This document shows, piece by piece, positions 42,394-51,537 of a stretch of DNA of 64,000 bases; the first letter of the stretch is position 1, and each line of letters begins with the position of its first letter. Source of the stretch: an uncultured delta proteobacterium (GTDB lineage Bacteria > Myxococcota_A > Polyangia > Fen-1088); NCBI GenBank assembly GCA_963737265.1, contig CAVTRY010000011.1, positions 1,120,001 to 1,184,000 on the forward strand, given 5' to 3'. Position numbers and translations under genes: made by a program. The notes beneath the pieces were generated by a model, which worked only from the letters and a program-made list of their open reading frames with translations, searched no databases and was not told the DNA's origin.

Positions 42394-44635
42394 CGCCTTT
42401 CACCAGCGCCCGGAGATCCGCCTCGCCGCGTTTGCGCCCGTCCTCTTCGAACCACACCACGAATTTGCAGCCCTCGCGCCACCGGCTGCATCCCCAGCCG
42501 CGTTTGCCCACAATCACCTGGCCCTGCTTGCACGCGGGACAAACCAGATCGGCGATGCCCTGCCCGAGCTGCTGCGGCTCGCTGTCCTCAGCCTTGGCGA
42601 GCTTCCGGCGCGGTCGACGCGCGCCTGTTGCGCCGGTCGGCTTGTGCGCGGGCTTTTGCACCATGATGGGCACGTTGACCATGGGCCCGGACGCGCGGAT
42701 GGCATCGACGGTCTCCTTCACGTAGCGACCGATATCGCCCATGAAAACCGCTCGCTGCTCCTCGCCGCGCGCGATGCGCGCCAAGCGCGCCTCCCAGTTT
42801 CCCGTGAGCTCGGGCGAAGCCAAGCTCTGCGTCGGCAGCGCGGCGATGAGTCCCATGCCCATGGGCGTGGGCACGACGTGTTTGCCCTCGCGAACCACGA
42901 AGGCGCGCTTGAGCAAGGTTTCGATAATAGACGCGCGCGTGGCCGGCGTGCCAAGGCCGCTGTCCTTCATCGCCGCACGCAGCTCTTCGTCCTCCACCAA
43001 CTTGCCGGCGTTTTCCATGGCCGCGAGCAAAGTCGCCTCGGTGTGGCGCGACGGCGGTTTGGTCTTCTTGGCCACTGCCTCGAAGCTGCCAGCCAGCCGG
43101 TCTCCCTCGGCCAACGCCGGCAAGGTTGAGGTCGCACTTTCGTCCTCGTCCTCGTCCTTCTTCTTGCCCTTCTTGCCGGCCTTGTCGTCGGCGTCGTCGC
43201 CGAAACCGGCCACCTCCTGCCAACCCGCCACCAGGCGCACCTTTCCCCGCGCCAAGAACCGGTCGGGCGAAGGCGGCACGGCCAAGATGTTGCCGCTTTC
43301 GTCAGCGCTGGACGGCTTCGTCGGCGTCGGATGGTACGGACTGTCCGGTCCAACCCGCACGACGACTTCCGTCTGGGCGAATTCGGCGTCGGGATAGAAC
43401 ACGCCGAGAAACCGGCGCACCACGAGATCGAAGATGCGCTGCTCATCGCGACCGAGCGATTTCGGATCGATGGTCTTGCCGGTGGGAATGATCGCGTGGT
43501 GGTCGGAGACCTTGCTGTCGTCGAACACGCGTTTGCCAAGCTTGGGTGGCTGGTCGAGCAAAGGACGGGCGAGCTCGGCGTAGCCCGCAATATTTTCCAC
43601 GCCGCCCACGATGCGCGCCATTTCCTTGGCCATGTCGCCGGACAAGTGGCGCGAATCCGTGCGCGGATAGGTCAGCACCTTGAAACGTTCGTAGAGCGCT
43701 TGCGCGGCTTCCAGCGTCGCTTTGGCGGAAAGGCCGAAGCGCTTGTTGGCCGTGCGTTGCAGGGACGTCAGATCGAAAAGCAGCGGCGCCGGCTCGCGCG
43801 TCTTGCTTTGTTTCAGGCTCTCTACGATCGGCCCCAATGGATCGGCGGCCGAACCGTGCTCGCGATCTCGGTCGCGCACCGTCTCGGCCAGCTCGGCATT
43901 GGCGAAGTGGCTGGCCTTGCCGAGCACGAAACCCGCGGGAAATTTCGCGCCCCCAGAAGTGACGAATTCCGCCTTGAGCAGCCAAAAATCCTGCGGCACG
44001 AAGGCGCGGATTTGCTTTTCGCGCTCGACCAGAATGGCCAGCGTCGGCGTCTGCACGCGGCCGATGGAGAACAGGGTCGAGCTGTCGCCCTTGCGATGCC
44101 GGATGGTGACCGCTCGCGTGGCGTTGAGCCCGACCAGCCAGTCGGCCTCGGAGCGGCAGCGAGCCGCATCGGCCAGCGCTTCGAGGTCGCGCCCCGGCTT
44201 GAGCGCCGCGAATCCACGCCGAATCGCATCGTCGGTGAGCGAAAAGATCCACAAGCGCCGGATCGGCAGCCGGCTACTCGCCAGTTGGTAGACGTAGCGA
44301 AAAATCAGCTCGCCCTCGCGGCCGGCGTCGCAGGCGTTGATGACCTCGCTAAATCGCTGGTCACGCAAAAGATCGCACACCGCGCGCAACTGGTCGCGCG
44401 TGGACGGCACCGCCCGCAGCTTGAATTCGTCCGGCACCATGGGCAGCGTGTCCATGCGCCAGGCCTTCCAGCGCCCGTCGTAGCTGGCCGGCTCGTCCAG
44501 CTCGACCAGGTGGCCGATGCACCAGGTGATGACCTTGTCCTTGCCCTCGAAGCAAGCTTTGCCCGACGGGCGCACCTCCAGCACGCGCGCCAGGTCGCGC
44601 GCCACGGACGGCTTTTCCGCAATCACGAGTTGCAC
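42389..44635 (-). CDS. topB: DNA topoisomerase III
   Basis: IAEKPSVA, ACDAGREGELI, GRVQTPTL, TYPRTDS, GLGTPATRA; C-terminal Zn ribbon. Confidence 0.94.
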   Translation of the reverse strand: MQLVIAEKPSVARDLARVLEVRPSGKACFEGKDKVITWCIGHLVELDEPASYDGRWKAWRMDTLPMVPDEFKLRAVPSTRDQLRAVCDLLRDQRFSEVINACDAGREGELIFRYVYQLASSRLPIRRLWIFSLTDDAIRRGFAALKPGRDLEALADAARCRSEADWLVGLNATRAVTIRHRKGDSSTLFSIGRVQTPTLAILVEREKQIRAFVPQDFWLLKAEFVTSGGAKFPAGFVLGKASHFANAELAETVRDRDREHGSAADPLGPIVESLKQSKTREPAPLLFDLTSLQRTANKRFGLSAKATLEAAQALYERFKVLTYPRTDSRHLSGDMAKEMARIVGGVENIAGYAELARPLLDQPPKLGKRVFDDSKVSDHHAIIPTGKTIDPKSLGRDEQRIFDLVVRRFLGVFYPDAEFAQTEVVVRVGPDSPYHPTPTKPSSADESGNILAVPPSPDRFLARGKVRLVAGWQEVAGFGDDADDKAGKKGKKKDEDEDESATSTLPALAEGDRLAGSFEAVAKKTKPPSRHTEATLLAAMENAGKLVEDEELRAAMKDSGLGTPATRASIIETLLKRAFVVREGKHVVPTPMGMGLIAALPTQSLASPELTGNWEARLARIARGEEQRAVFMGDIGRYVKETVDAIRASGPMVNVPIMVQKPAHKPTGATGARRPRRKLAKAEDSEPQQLGQGIADLVCPACKQGQVIVGKRGWGCSRWREGCKFVVWFEEDGRKRGEADLRALVKGG

Positions 44636-44761
44636 CTTGGCATTGTATCGGAAGCGAGCTCGAAGTTGTTGCCAACAAATGAACCCGATCGGTCAGGTAG
44701 CTTTCTCGCCCGGTCGCGCCCGGTCGTGAATACCTCCTTCCTCACATCCCTCGGGGCATCG

Positions 44762-45120
44762 TCACTTGGCGCGCGGCTTACAGGTCCGGCTCTTCTTGTC
44801 GCAGCTCAGCCCGGGACAGCAGGACTTGTCCTCTCGGCAGCGGTGGCGCTTGGGCGCGCCGAAGATGAAGTCGTTGTCCTTCAACGCGACCGGCTCACGC
44901 ACTCCGCGGGCAATGGCCGCATGTCGAGGAAACCTCTCATGGTCGAGCGCCGCCTCGACGAACATGGGCAGTGTGCGTTCGCCAAGGTCACGACGCTGGC
45001 GCGCTCCGCGCCGATGTCGAAGCCAGCAGAGGCGGATTCGATCACGACATTGGCACCAAGCGAAGCCGATACCGTGGGCGCCACCGTCGCCGCCACTCGT
45101 ACGAGGCGGTCGGTTCCCTC
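44762..45120 (-). pseudogene. Possible 3' remnant of a gene with a Cys-rich C-terminus
   Basis: Ends CREDKSCCPGLSCDKKSRTC; no clear start, abuts the intI remnant. Confidence 0.3.
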
Positions 45121-45129
45121 GGCCGGGCC

Positions 45130-45460
45130 TTCGGCCACCCCGAAAGAATGGATCTGGCAGTGGGTCTTTCCCGCAACCCGCACGTACACCGATCTCGCAA
45201 GTCGGGAAGTTCGTCGCCACCACCTGCACGAATCCGTCATCCAGCGCGCCGTTCGCCGCGCCGCCGTGGCCGCGCGCATTCCCAAGCTGGTCAGCCCCCA
45301 CACCTAGTGTCATTCCTTCGCCACCCACCTGCTGGAAGACGGCTACGACATCCGCACCATTCAGGAGTTGCTAGGCCACAAAGACGTGGCCACGACCATG
45401 GTCTACACCCACGTCCTGAACCGCGGCGCTGGCGGAGTCCGAAGCCCTCTCGACCACTGA
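45130..45460 (+). pseudogene. intI: Integron integrase remnant (C-terminal about 110 aa, internal stop)
   Basis: IntI-specific EWIWQWVFPA...RRHHLHES; [26 protein letters not shown]...YTHVLNRG; TAG at 45305-45307. Confidence 0.92.
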
Positions 45461-45619
45461 CAACGGGCGCAAAGAACGTGGCTCCCATATTTATCCGGCC
45501 GCCGCGCCGTTATTATCAGGCAGGCCGGCTGGTCGCCTCGCATGAAGCAGACGCATCCAAGTCCGCGAAATGACTGGAACGGCACCCCCGCTTTCAGCCA
45601 TCACGGCGTGCATCCAGCG

Positions 45620-45661
45620 TTGGGATATTGATTATTCTTCGTGGGATAATGGTAGTTCGAC
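45620..45661 (+). other. Probable attI site, crossover G|TTCGAC at 45655/45656
   Basis: AT-rich ...GGATAATGGTAGTTCGAC; GTTCGAC is the exact complement of cassette 1 R'' GTCGAAC. Confidence 0.65.
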
Positions 45662-45712
45662 GGAGCGGATCTTTTGTGGAACTCCCTTCAACTAGCGTTG
45701 TCTGAGATTGCT

Positions 45713-46339
45713 ATGGAACCAACGAACTCGACGCCCGGAGCATCTATTCCCCGCCGCTCCTTGCTTGCATCGGTTTTCGCGTTCCTACCGTTCTTCGTCT
45801 TCCCTCGCTGGACTCAGGCGGCTCAGCCAGTCAACGGGCATTGGAGGAACTCTCAGGCCTACAGCACCTCGACATCAGCAGCACTTCGAGCGGTCGCGAA
45901 CGATAGGACCCTGGACCGGAAGGCACGGGTGCGTGCGATCTTCTCGCTGTTCGCGAGCTATGTCCGGCCGCCGGCAAACGGCGCAACGATGGCCGATATC
46001 ATGAGCCCAGCAACATGGCTGGTCGAATGCCGCTTGGACGGGGTCTACGCTCTTGGAGGCAAGATTCCCGTCGAGATGGGCATTACCGAGACGGCTTTCT
46101 GTCTTCGTCTCTTCCCAAACTTGGAGGGCTGGAGCGAGTGGGTCATCTACTTCACGTTGCCAGGCGGGCGAGGAAGGCCGGTTTCGGACGCTCGCGACTT
46201 TCTTGCTGGCAAGGTACCTGGAAGTCAGGAACTCCGGATGAACGAATTCGCCTTGTGTTTTCCTGCCGAAGGCAAGGCACGGATGGGGCGCACGGAACGA
46301 TTCACCGCGAGAGGCATTGGTGTCTACGGTCCGTGGTGA
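45713..46339 (+). CDS. Gene cassette 1, hypothetical exported protein
   Basis: ORF between attI and attC1; PRRSLL plus hydrophobic stretch (Tat-like). Confidence 0.7.
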   Translation: MEPTNSTPGASIPRRSLLASVFAFLPFFVFPRWTQAAQPVNGHWRNSQAYSTSTSAALRAVANDRTLDRKARVRAIFSLFASYVRPPANGATMADIMSPATWLVECRLDGVYALGGKIPVEMGITETAFCLRLFPNLEGWSEWVIYFTLPGGRGRPVSDARDFLAGKVPGSQELRMNEFALCFPAEGKARMGRTERFTARGIGVYGPW

Positions 46340-46504
46340 GCGCGCCCGTCGAACAAGCCGTTGCAGCGCTCGTAGGCAGTGCAAGTAAAAAGAACAGGGA
46401 GTGATTCGGGTCGTCTGGGCACACGAGATCCGTTCCGCGGTCAGGAAGATGCGGTGGAAAGGATCAGGTGCGCGAAGAAGATTTGAGCGGGCGAGAGATC
46501 GGGA

Positions 46505-46860
46505 GGCAATCGGCCTGGTAATCGAAACGCTCCAGTAGGATGTCCGCGAGGGCCGGCATCGAGTCAGCTTGCAACGGAGATTGGGTCAGGTCGATGGATC
46601 CTCAGGGTGCCTCGAAACAGACAGCGCTCTTGCACAAGGCAGAGATGAGCTTCAACAGGAGGTCACCCGTCGGATATCTCACACGTTCAAGGAATTGGTT
46701 TGCTTTGGTTGTTTGCTCCTTTTCTGCAAGTGGGTCTGACCAAGATGGACAGGGTCAGATCAAAAATCCTCAGGGTGCCTCAAGACAGACGGCGCTCTTG
46801 CACATGGCAGAGATACGCTGCAACAGAAGGTCACCCTTCGGAAATCTAGAATGTTCAACA
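46505..46860 (-). ncRNA. Predicted bridge/seek RNA: two target-binding loops and one donor-binding loop
   Basis: 93-bp direct repeats 46598-46690 and 46766-46858 fold as stem/internal loop/stem with attC-matching guides; 46508-46595 carries matches to the element ends. Confidence 0.75.
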
Positions 46861-46884
46861 TGGGTCGTCCCCATACCAGCATGG

Positions 46885-48174
46885 CTACACCGTCACCTGC
46901 AGACGGCGGGTGTCGAAGAGCTTGCTGCTATCAAAGGTGCCACCGCGACCGACGTGGTACAGCCCCTTGGCCAGCTTGCGCATCAGCGCGACGGCAGCTC
47001 GCGAGGCTCGGCCGCCGTCTCGTTGCTTTTTGCGCTGGTACCAGGCGTTGGCGATGGGATCATCCTGAATCCAGCGGAAGATGGCGAGCCAGAGTAGCTG
47101 GCGTACGCGGGATGGACCACGCTTGGTGATCTTGATCTGACCGTGCATGGTACCGCTGCTTTTCTCCTTGAGGTTGAGGCCCATGGCTTTGAGGAAAGCG
47201 CGTGTACACGAGTACGATCGTGCATCACCGACCTCGGCGAAGATGGCGGCAGCGGTGGTGCGGCCGACGACGGGGGCAAGCGCGGCGGCGGGCGTGGTGG
47301 CGGCGAGTTTTTCGACTTTCGTCTTGGCCGTGCTGAAGGCCCGGTGGGCGTCATAGGCCTCTTCGGCGATTACCATCAAAGCGTCGCGTTCAAGCCCGAC
47401 CATCGGGACGCCGACGGAGGTGCTGGCCGAGGCGACAACGGCAGCAACGTCGTCGTCGGCAATCAGCCTGTGACTGATACCACGAAGGAGCTTCGTCGCC
47501 TTGTCCGGGGCAGCGGCGACATCGGCAGGACCGCCGATACGCGCGACCAGCGCCATAAGCGATGCCGAGGTCAAATCAAGCAGGCTGGGCAACTCGGGCC
47601 AGTGGCGAGCGAGCCAGCTTTCCAAGCGATGCACGAGCTGCAGGTAGCGCTCCTGGTGCAGATCCATGATGGCCAGTGCTGCCTTGAGCTGCCGACGTTC
47701 TGGGACTTCGTCAGGCAGGCGGGTGGAAAGGCCGTCGGCGTGCAGCCTGGCGATGATGGCGGCAGCCTTGGCGTCGTGAAGACTGGGCACGCCGTCGAAG
47801 ATTTCCTTCGCATCGTGGGTGCGCTTGCCGCTGACCATGAAGATCGGAAAGCGGTCCTGTTCGAGCTGGTGGCGAAGCACATCGCCGTAGGTTCCGGAAG
47901 GCTCCATGACGGCTTCGACGATGATGCCGGCGGTGCGGTAGCCGCGCAGGATGGAGAGCACCGTGGGGTTCTGCTCTGGGGCCTTCCAAGAGATGGTGTG
48001 CAGCACACGCCCGTCGGCGCCAGCGAACGCTGCAACCATGTCGACCTTGGCGACGTCGATGGCGAGGACCAGCTTGCCGCCCAGGTCGGCGGGCGAGATG
48101 CTTTGTGGTTGAAAATCATTGACGGGCATTCTGCGATAGATACGCTTCTTCATGGGGATGACATCCTTCGTCAT
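46885..48174 (-). CDS. IS110-family transposase/recombinase
   Basis: LAIDVAK, VMEPSGTY, HDAKAA, KEKSSG (catalytic Ser), ITKRGPSRVR; start 48174 or 48153. Confidence 0.92.
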   Translation of the reverse strand: MTKDVIPMKKRIYRRMPVNDFQPQSISPADLGGKLVLAIDVAKVDMVAAFAGADGRVLHTISWKAPEQNPTVLSILRGYRTAGIIVEAVMEPSGTYGDVLRHQLEQDRFPIFMVSGKRTHDAKEIFDGVPSLHDAKAAAIIARLHADGLSTRLPDEVPERRQLKAALAIMDLHQERYLQLVHRLESWLARHWPELPSLLDLTSASLMALVARIGGPADVAAAPDKATKLLRGISHRLIADDDVAAVVASASTSVGVPMVGLERDALMVIAEEAYDAHRAFSTAKTKVEKLAATTPAAALAPVVGRTTAAAIFAEVGDARSYSCTRAFLKAMGLNLKEKSSGTMHGQIKITKRGPSRVRQLLWLAIFRWIQDDPIANAWYQRKKQRDGGRASRAAVALMRKLAKGLYHVGRGGTFDSSKLFDTRRLQVTV

Positions 48175-48308
48175 GGTTTCGGACTTCGGCACTTTTGGGA
48201 CGTCCCCGTTTCCATTTGCAACTACCTTTAGCTGACTGACGCAGTCGCCGCAGGGGAATTGGGGTAACATCAAAGAACCGCTCGTGCGGCGCCCGCGCCG
48301 CTGAACGG

Positions 48309-50194
48309 GTGCGCCCAGCATGGGCGTCGTCTTGGGGGTGCAAGTCCCCCCGAAAGGAGACCATCCCAAACGAAGCGAACTGCAACTGCGAAAGGGCGAC
48401 CAATCGTGGGGAGGAAGCAGGGAGCGAAACCGCGGGCTGATGAACAAAAACCGGATAAGAGGCGGCGCCGAGCGGGGCGAGTGGGCCCGTTGCCACAAAG
48501 CCTCGATGGTCAAAGCTCAGGCTACGTAGATCCGGCGGTCGTGCGGGGAAGGACGACGTACTTACCTGGGGAGATCTCGCCTTGTGCCTGAAAGGGCGAC
48601 GGCGCGGACGCGACGGGGCGAGAAGTCAGCAGAGGTCGTAGTAGCGAAGTCGAAGCCGGGGCGGCGATATCACCGACGCCGGAAGTCTTTGGCGATGCGA
48701 AGGACTGAACGAGAAGGAGAGCGAAACGAACATGCGTCTCGGAAGCAAACGGCCTCAGATGACCAGGCAACTGGAGCTAACGTTTTCAAATAGGGGTGAA
48801 ACCCCGACGGGAAAACGAAGCGAGGAAGCGCCGACGGCGACGTGTGAAAACGAGCGCTCGGGAGCGAGCGGCCTGATGGAGAGGGTGTGCGAACGCCCGA
48901 ACCTTTTGGCCGCGCTGAAGCGAGTGAGAAGGAACAAGGGCAGTCCCGGCATCGACGGGATGACGGTGGATGAATTGCCGATACACCTGCGCGAATACTG
49001 GCCACGGCTGCGCGAGGAACTGCTCGCGGGGACGTACCAGCCCGCGCTTGTGAAGGAGCAACTCATACCGAAGGCCAGCGGAGGAATGCGCAAGCTTGGC
49101 ATTCCGACGGTGGTCGACCGATTCATCCAGCAGGCTGTATTGCAGGTTCTGCAACCGATGTTCGACCCGGACTTCTCAAAGCACAGCCACGGTTTCCGGC
49201 CTGGGCACCGTGCGCACGACGCCATCGTCGAGGCGCAGGGGTATATCCAGGGCGGACGCAAGTGGGTGGTAGACGTGGACTTGGAGCAATTCTTTGACCG
49301 CGTGAACCACGACGTGCTGATGGGAAGACTGGCGAAACGCATCGGCGACCGTCGTTTGCTGGGGCTCATCCGGCGTTACCTCGGGGCCGGCATTATGGCT
49401 GGCGGGGTGGCGACGGAGCGGTACGAGGGAACGCCACAAGGCGGCCCCTTGTCACCGCTGCTAGCCAACGTGCTGCTCGACGAAGTGGACAAGGAGCTGG
49501 AGAAACGCGGGCACGCATTCTGCCGGTACGCTGATGACTGCAACGTATACCTTCGGTCGCGGCGTGCGGGCGAGCGTGTGATGGGGCTGCTACGGCGGCT
49601 CTACGCGGGACTGCGACTTCAAGTCAATGAAACGAAAAGCGCGGTGGGCTTGGCGTGGAACCGGAAAATCCTGGGTTACACATTCTGGGTAAACCGGGAA
49701 GGAACGGTGAAGCGCGCGGTGGCAGACAAAGCCCTTGCCACGATGAAGGACAAAGTCCGGAACATCACGAGGCGGACGGGCGGGCAAAGCATTGGCCAGG
49801 TCTGCAAACGGCTGGGGGAATATCTGCGTGGTTGGAAGGAATACTTCCGGCTCGCGGACACGCCTCGGGTCTTTGGCAACTTGGACAAATGGATTCGCCG
49901 TCGCCTACGGGCTCTCCACTTGAAACACTGGGGACAACAATCGACCGTCTATCGGGAACTGCGGGCTCGGGGGATGTCCCATGACGCAGCAAGCGTAGTG
50001 GCCGTGAACTGTCGCCGCTGGTGGAAAAACTCGGCTAGTATGATGAACGTGGCATTTCCCATTCGCTACTTTGACCAGTTGGGGGTACCCCGGCTGGCCA
50101 CGTAACCTCAACTTCCCGAACCGCCCGGTGCGGACCCGCACGCCGGGTGGTGTGGCAGGGGTCCTTGACGATCTGTCGAGGCCCCTATGCCGAT
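48309..50194 (+). mobile_element. Group IIC intron inserted in attC1
   Basis: 5' GTGCGCCCAGCATGGGCG; short domain V with CGC triad at about 50118-50155; 3' end CTATGCCGAT; flanks rejoin the attC. Confidence 0.93.
48732..50105 (+). CDS. ltrA: Group II intron reverse transcriptase/maturase, no endonuclease domain
   Basis: SPGIDG, RKLGIPTVVDR, GTPQGGPLSPLL, RYADD. Confidence 0.95.
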   Translation: MRLGSKRPQMTRQLELTFSNRGETPTGKRSEEAPTATCENERSGASGLMERVCERPNLLAALKRVRRNKGSPGIDGMTVDELPIHLREYWPRLREELLAGTYQPALVKEQLIPKASGGMRKLGIPTVVDRFIQQAVLQVLQPMFDPDFSKHSHGFRPGHRAHDAIVEAQGYIQGGRKWVVDVDLEQFFDRVNHDVLMGRLAKRIGDRRLLGLIRRYLGAGIMAGGVATERYEGTPQGGPLSPLLANVLLDEVDKELEKRGHAFCRYADDCNVYLRSRRAGERVMGLLRRLYAGLRLQVNETKSAVGLAWNRKILGYTFWVNREGTVKRAVADKALATMKDKVRNITRRTGGQSIGQVCKRLGEYLRGWKEYFRLADTPRVFGNLDKWIRRRLRALHLKHWGQQSTVYRELRARGMSHDAASVVAVNCRRWWKNSASMMNVAFPIRYFDQLGVPRLAT

Positions 50195-50396
50195 CAAGGC
50201 GTTCGACAGACTGGGGAGTGGTATGGACCGCTGCCGCCTACGATCTCACCGTTGGGGGACCACTTGAGTAACCGGCATTGAGGGTAGGCTCGACCGGGAG
50301 TTCGTGATATAGGTCGGTTTCCTTGCTCGCGCAGGCCCTGTAAGCGAACAACAGGGCAAGCGTGTCGACTCAGCGAGGCTACAAAGGAGACCTCCG

Positions 50397-50771
50397 GTGA
50401 CAAAGCTCTTCATGGTCATGGCGCTGGTGATGACGATCGTGGCAGCCGGATCCGCCCTCGCCGGCGAAACGGTGCTGCTGAAGGACGGCTTCGACGCAGG
50501 TCAGCTCGCCCTCACCTTCACGGCCAAGGAGGAAGGAGCCAAGCTTGAGCTGAAAGTGAAGAACCAGACGAACGTAGCACTGATCGTCACCATCGAGTCT
50601 GGTACCACCACTTTTCATCTCGGCCAACAGACGATCGTCATCTCGACGAACGCGCCGAAGAAGCTGAATGTCGACGCTTCGGCGGAGTTGACCGTTCTGC
50701 TGGACCAGGGTGGTGGCGCACGTATGACCAAGGGATCGATGACGGTGAGCAAGAAGCCGCCCAAGAAGTAG
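50397..50771 (+). CDS. Gene cassette 2, hypothetical secreted protein
   Basis: AAGGAG SD, signal peptide ending SALA, followed by attC2. Confidence 0.8.
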   Translation: MTKLFMVMALVMTIVAAGSALAGETVLLKDGFDAGQLALTFTAKEEGAKLELKVKNQTNVALIVTIESGTTTFHLGQQTIVISTNAPKKLNVDASAELTVLLDQGGGARMTKGSMTVSKKPPKK

Positions 50772-50801
50772 GAGCGCAACCAACCGCGCCCCCGACGCGC
50801 T

Positions 50802-50905
50802 GTCGAACAAGCCGTTGCAGCTGACAATCCCGCCGCAGGGACATCGTGTAGAATAGAAGCGCCGACTCGGCGGCGGGCTTGCAGCTGAACGGCAAGGCGT
50901 TCGGC
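50802..50905 (+). other. attC2, intact (104 bp)
   Basis: R'' GTCGAAC, L'' TTGCAGCT, inner stem CCCGCCGC/GCGGCGGG, L' AGCTGAA, R' GTTCGGC. Confidence 0.9.
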
Positions 50906-50922
50906 AGACGTGAGGTGTACCC

Positions 50923-51537
50923 ATGCTGATGCAAAAGATGGTTCTTGGTCCTCGACTTGGCCCCGTGATGGCGGCCGCCTGCGAGTTCGAGTGGGCAATC
51001 CTCTTCCTCATCGACGCCCATCCTCAGGCGAAGAAACTCAGCACCGACTACCGCCACCGGATGGCCGCAAGCAACGGCTTCGCCAAGTTGAGCAAACTGC
51101 TCTCGATCCTGATGTCCAGCTGTGGAATCAGGAATCCGCAGGAGTCCGACTTTCTCGAGAGGTGCCTGCGTCTCAGGAATATGTTGGTTCATGGATCCTA
51201 CAGAAATGCGGCGCAGACGCTGAGTGAGTTGCCGCAGATGCGAGTCCTTGAGGAGAACGTGGTCTCTTTCGACCCCGCACGTGGCTTCGCGGTGCCGTCA
51301 TTCGAAACGGCACTCGGCGAAGCCATGATGTTCGTGAACGAACCCCGGCTAGGTGCTGCGATGATCGAAGCCTTCGATGCGGGATGCCTTCTCCTTCACC
51401 TTCGCATAGACCAGCACCATGCGAAGAGGCTTGGCACTTCGCCAACTATGACGGTCAAGGAACGCTCAAATTCTCAAAGCTCGGCCGATCCCGGGCCGAC
51501 GCACACACCAACTCTCCAAGGAGATTCCAATGATTAG
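50923..51537 (+). CDS. Gene cassette 3, hypothetical protein
   Basis: GAGGTG SD right after attC2; LRNMLVH resembles an RxxxxH motif. Confidence 0.65.
   Translation: MLMQKMVLGPRLGPVMAAACEFEWAILFLIDAHPQAKKLSTDYRHRMAASNGFAKLSKLLSILMSSCGIRNPQESDFLERCLRLRNMLVHGSYRNAAQTLSELPQMRVLEENVVSFDPARGFAVPSFETALGEAMMFVNEPRLGAAMIEAFDAGCLLLHLRIDQHHAKRLGTSPTMTVKERSNSQSSADPGPTHTPTLQGDSND

Larger units (their letters stand above)
46369..48237 (-). mobile_element. IS110-family, IS1111-type element inserted in attC1
   Basis: DEDD-type transposase, long downstream non-coding end, subterminal imperfect IRs (AGGCAGTGCAAGT / AGGTAGTTGCAAAT), no TSD. Confidence 0.88.
46348..50207 (+). other. attC1, split into three pieces (46348-46368, 48238-48308, 50195-50207)
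   Basis: Rejoined GTCGAAC-AAGCC-GTTGCAGCG|GACGCAGTCGCCGCA...TGCGGCGCCCGCGCCGCTGAACGG|CAAGGC-GTTCGAC folds as an attC and resembles attC2. Confidence 0.88.

Noticed and set aside
45305-45307. TAG in intI as recoding or read-through
   Set aside because: The adjacent catalytic Arg is also mutated and the 5' part of the gene is missing; simple decay.
45697-45703. GTTGTCT as the attI crossover
   Set aside because: Not complementary to cassette 1 R'' GTCGAAC; GTTCGAC at 45655 is.
46598-46858. The two 93-bp repeats as a CRISPR array
   Set aside because: Only two long units, variation lies inside the repeat, and no cas genes; a bridge-RNA loop duplication fits better.
46367-48285. CGCTCGT at 46367-46373 and 48279-48285 as a target duplication defining the IS110 ends
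   Set aside because: 48238-48278 pairs with the right arm of attC1 and resembles the inside of attC2, and the RNA guides match the 46368/48238 junction, so this looks coincidental.
48732-50105. Reverse transcriptase as a retron, DGR or defence RT
   Set aside because: It is enclosed by clear group IIC intron 5' end, domain V/VI and 3' end.
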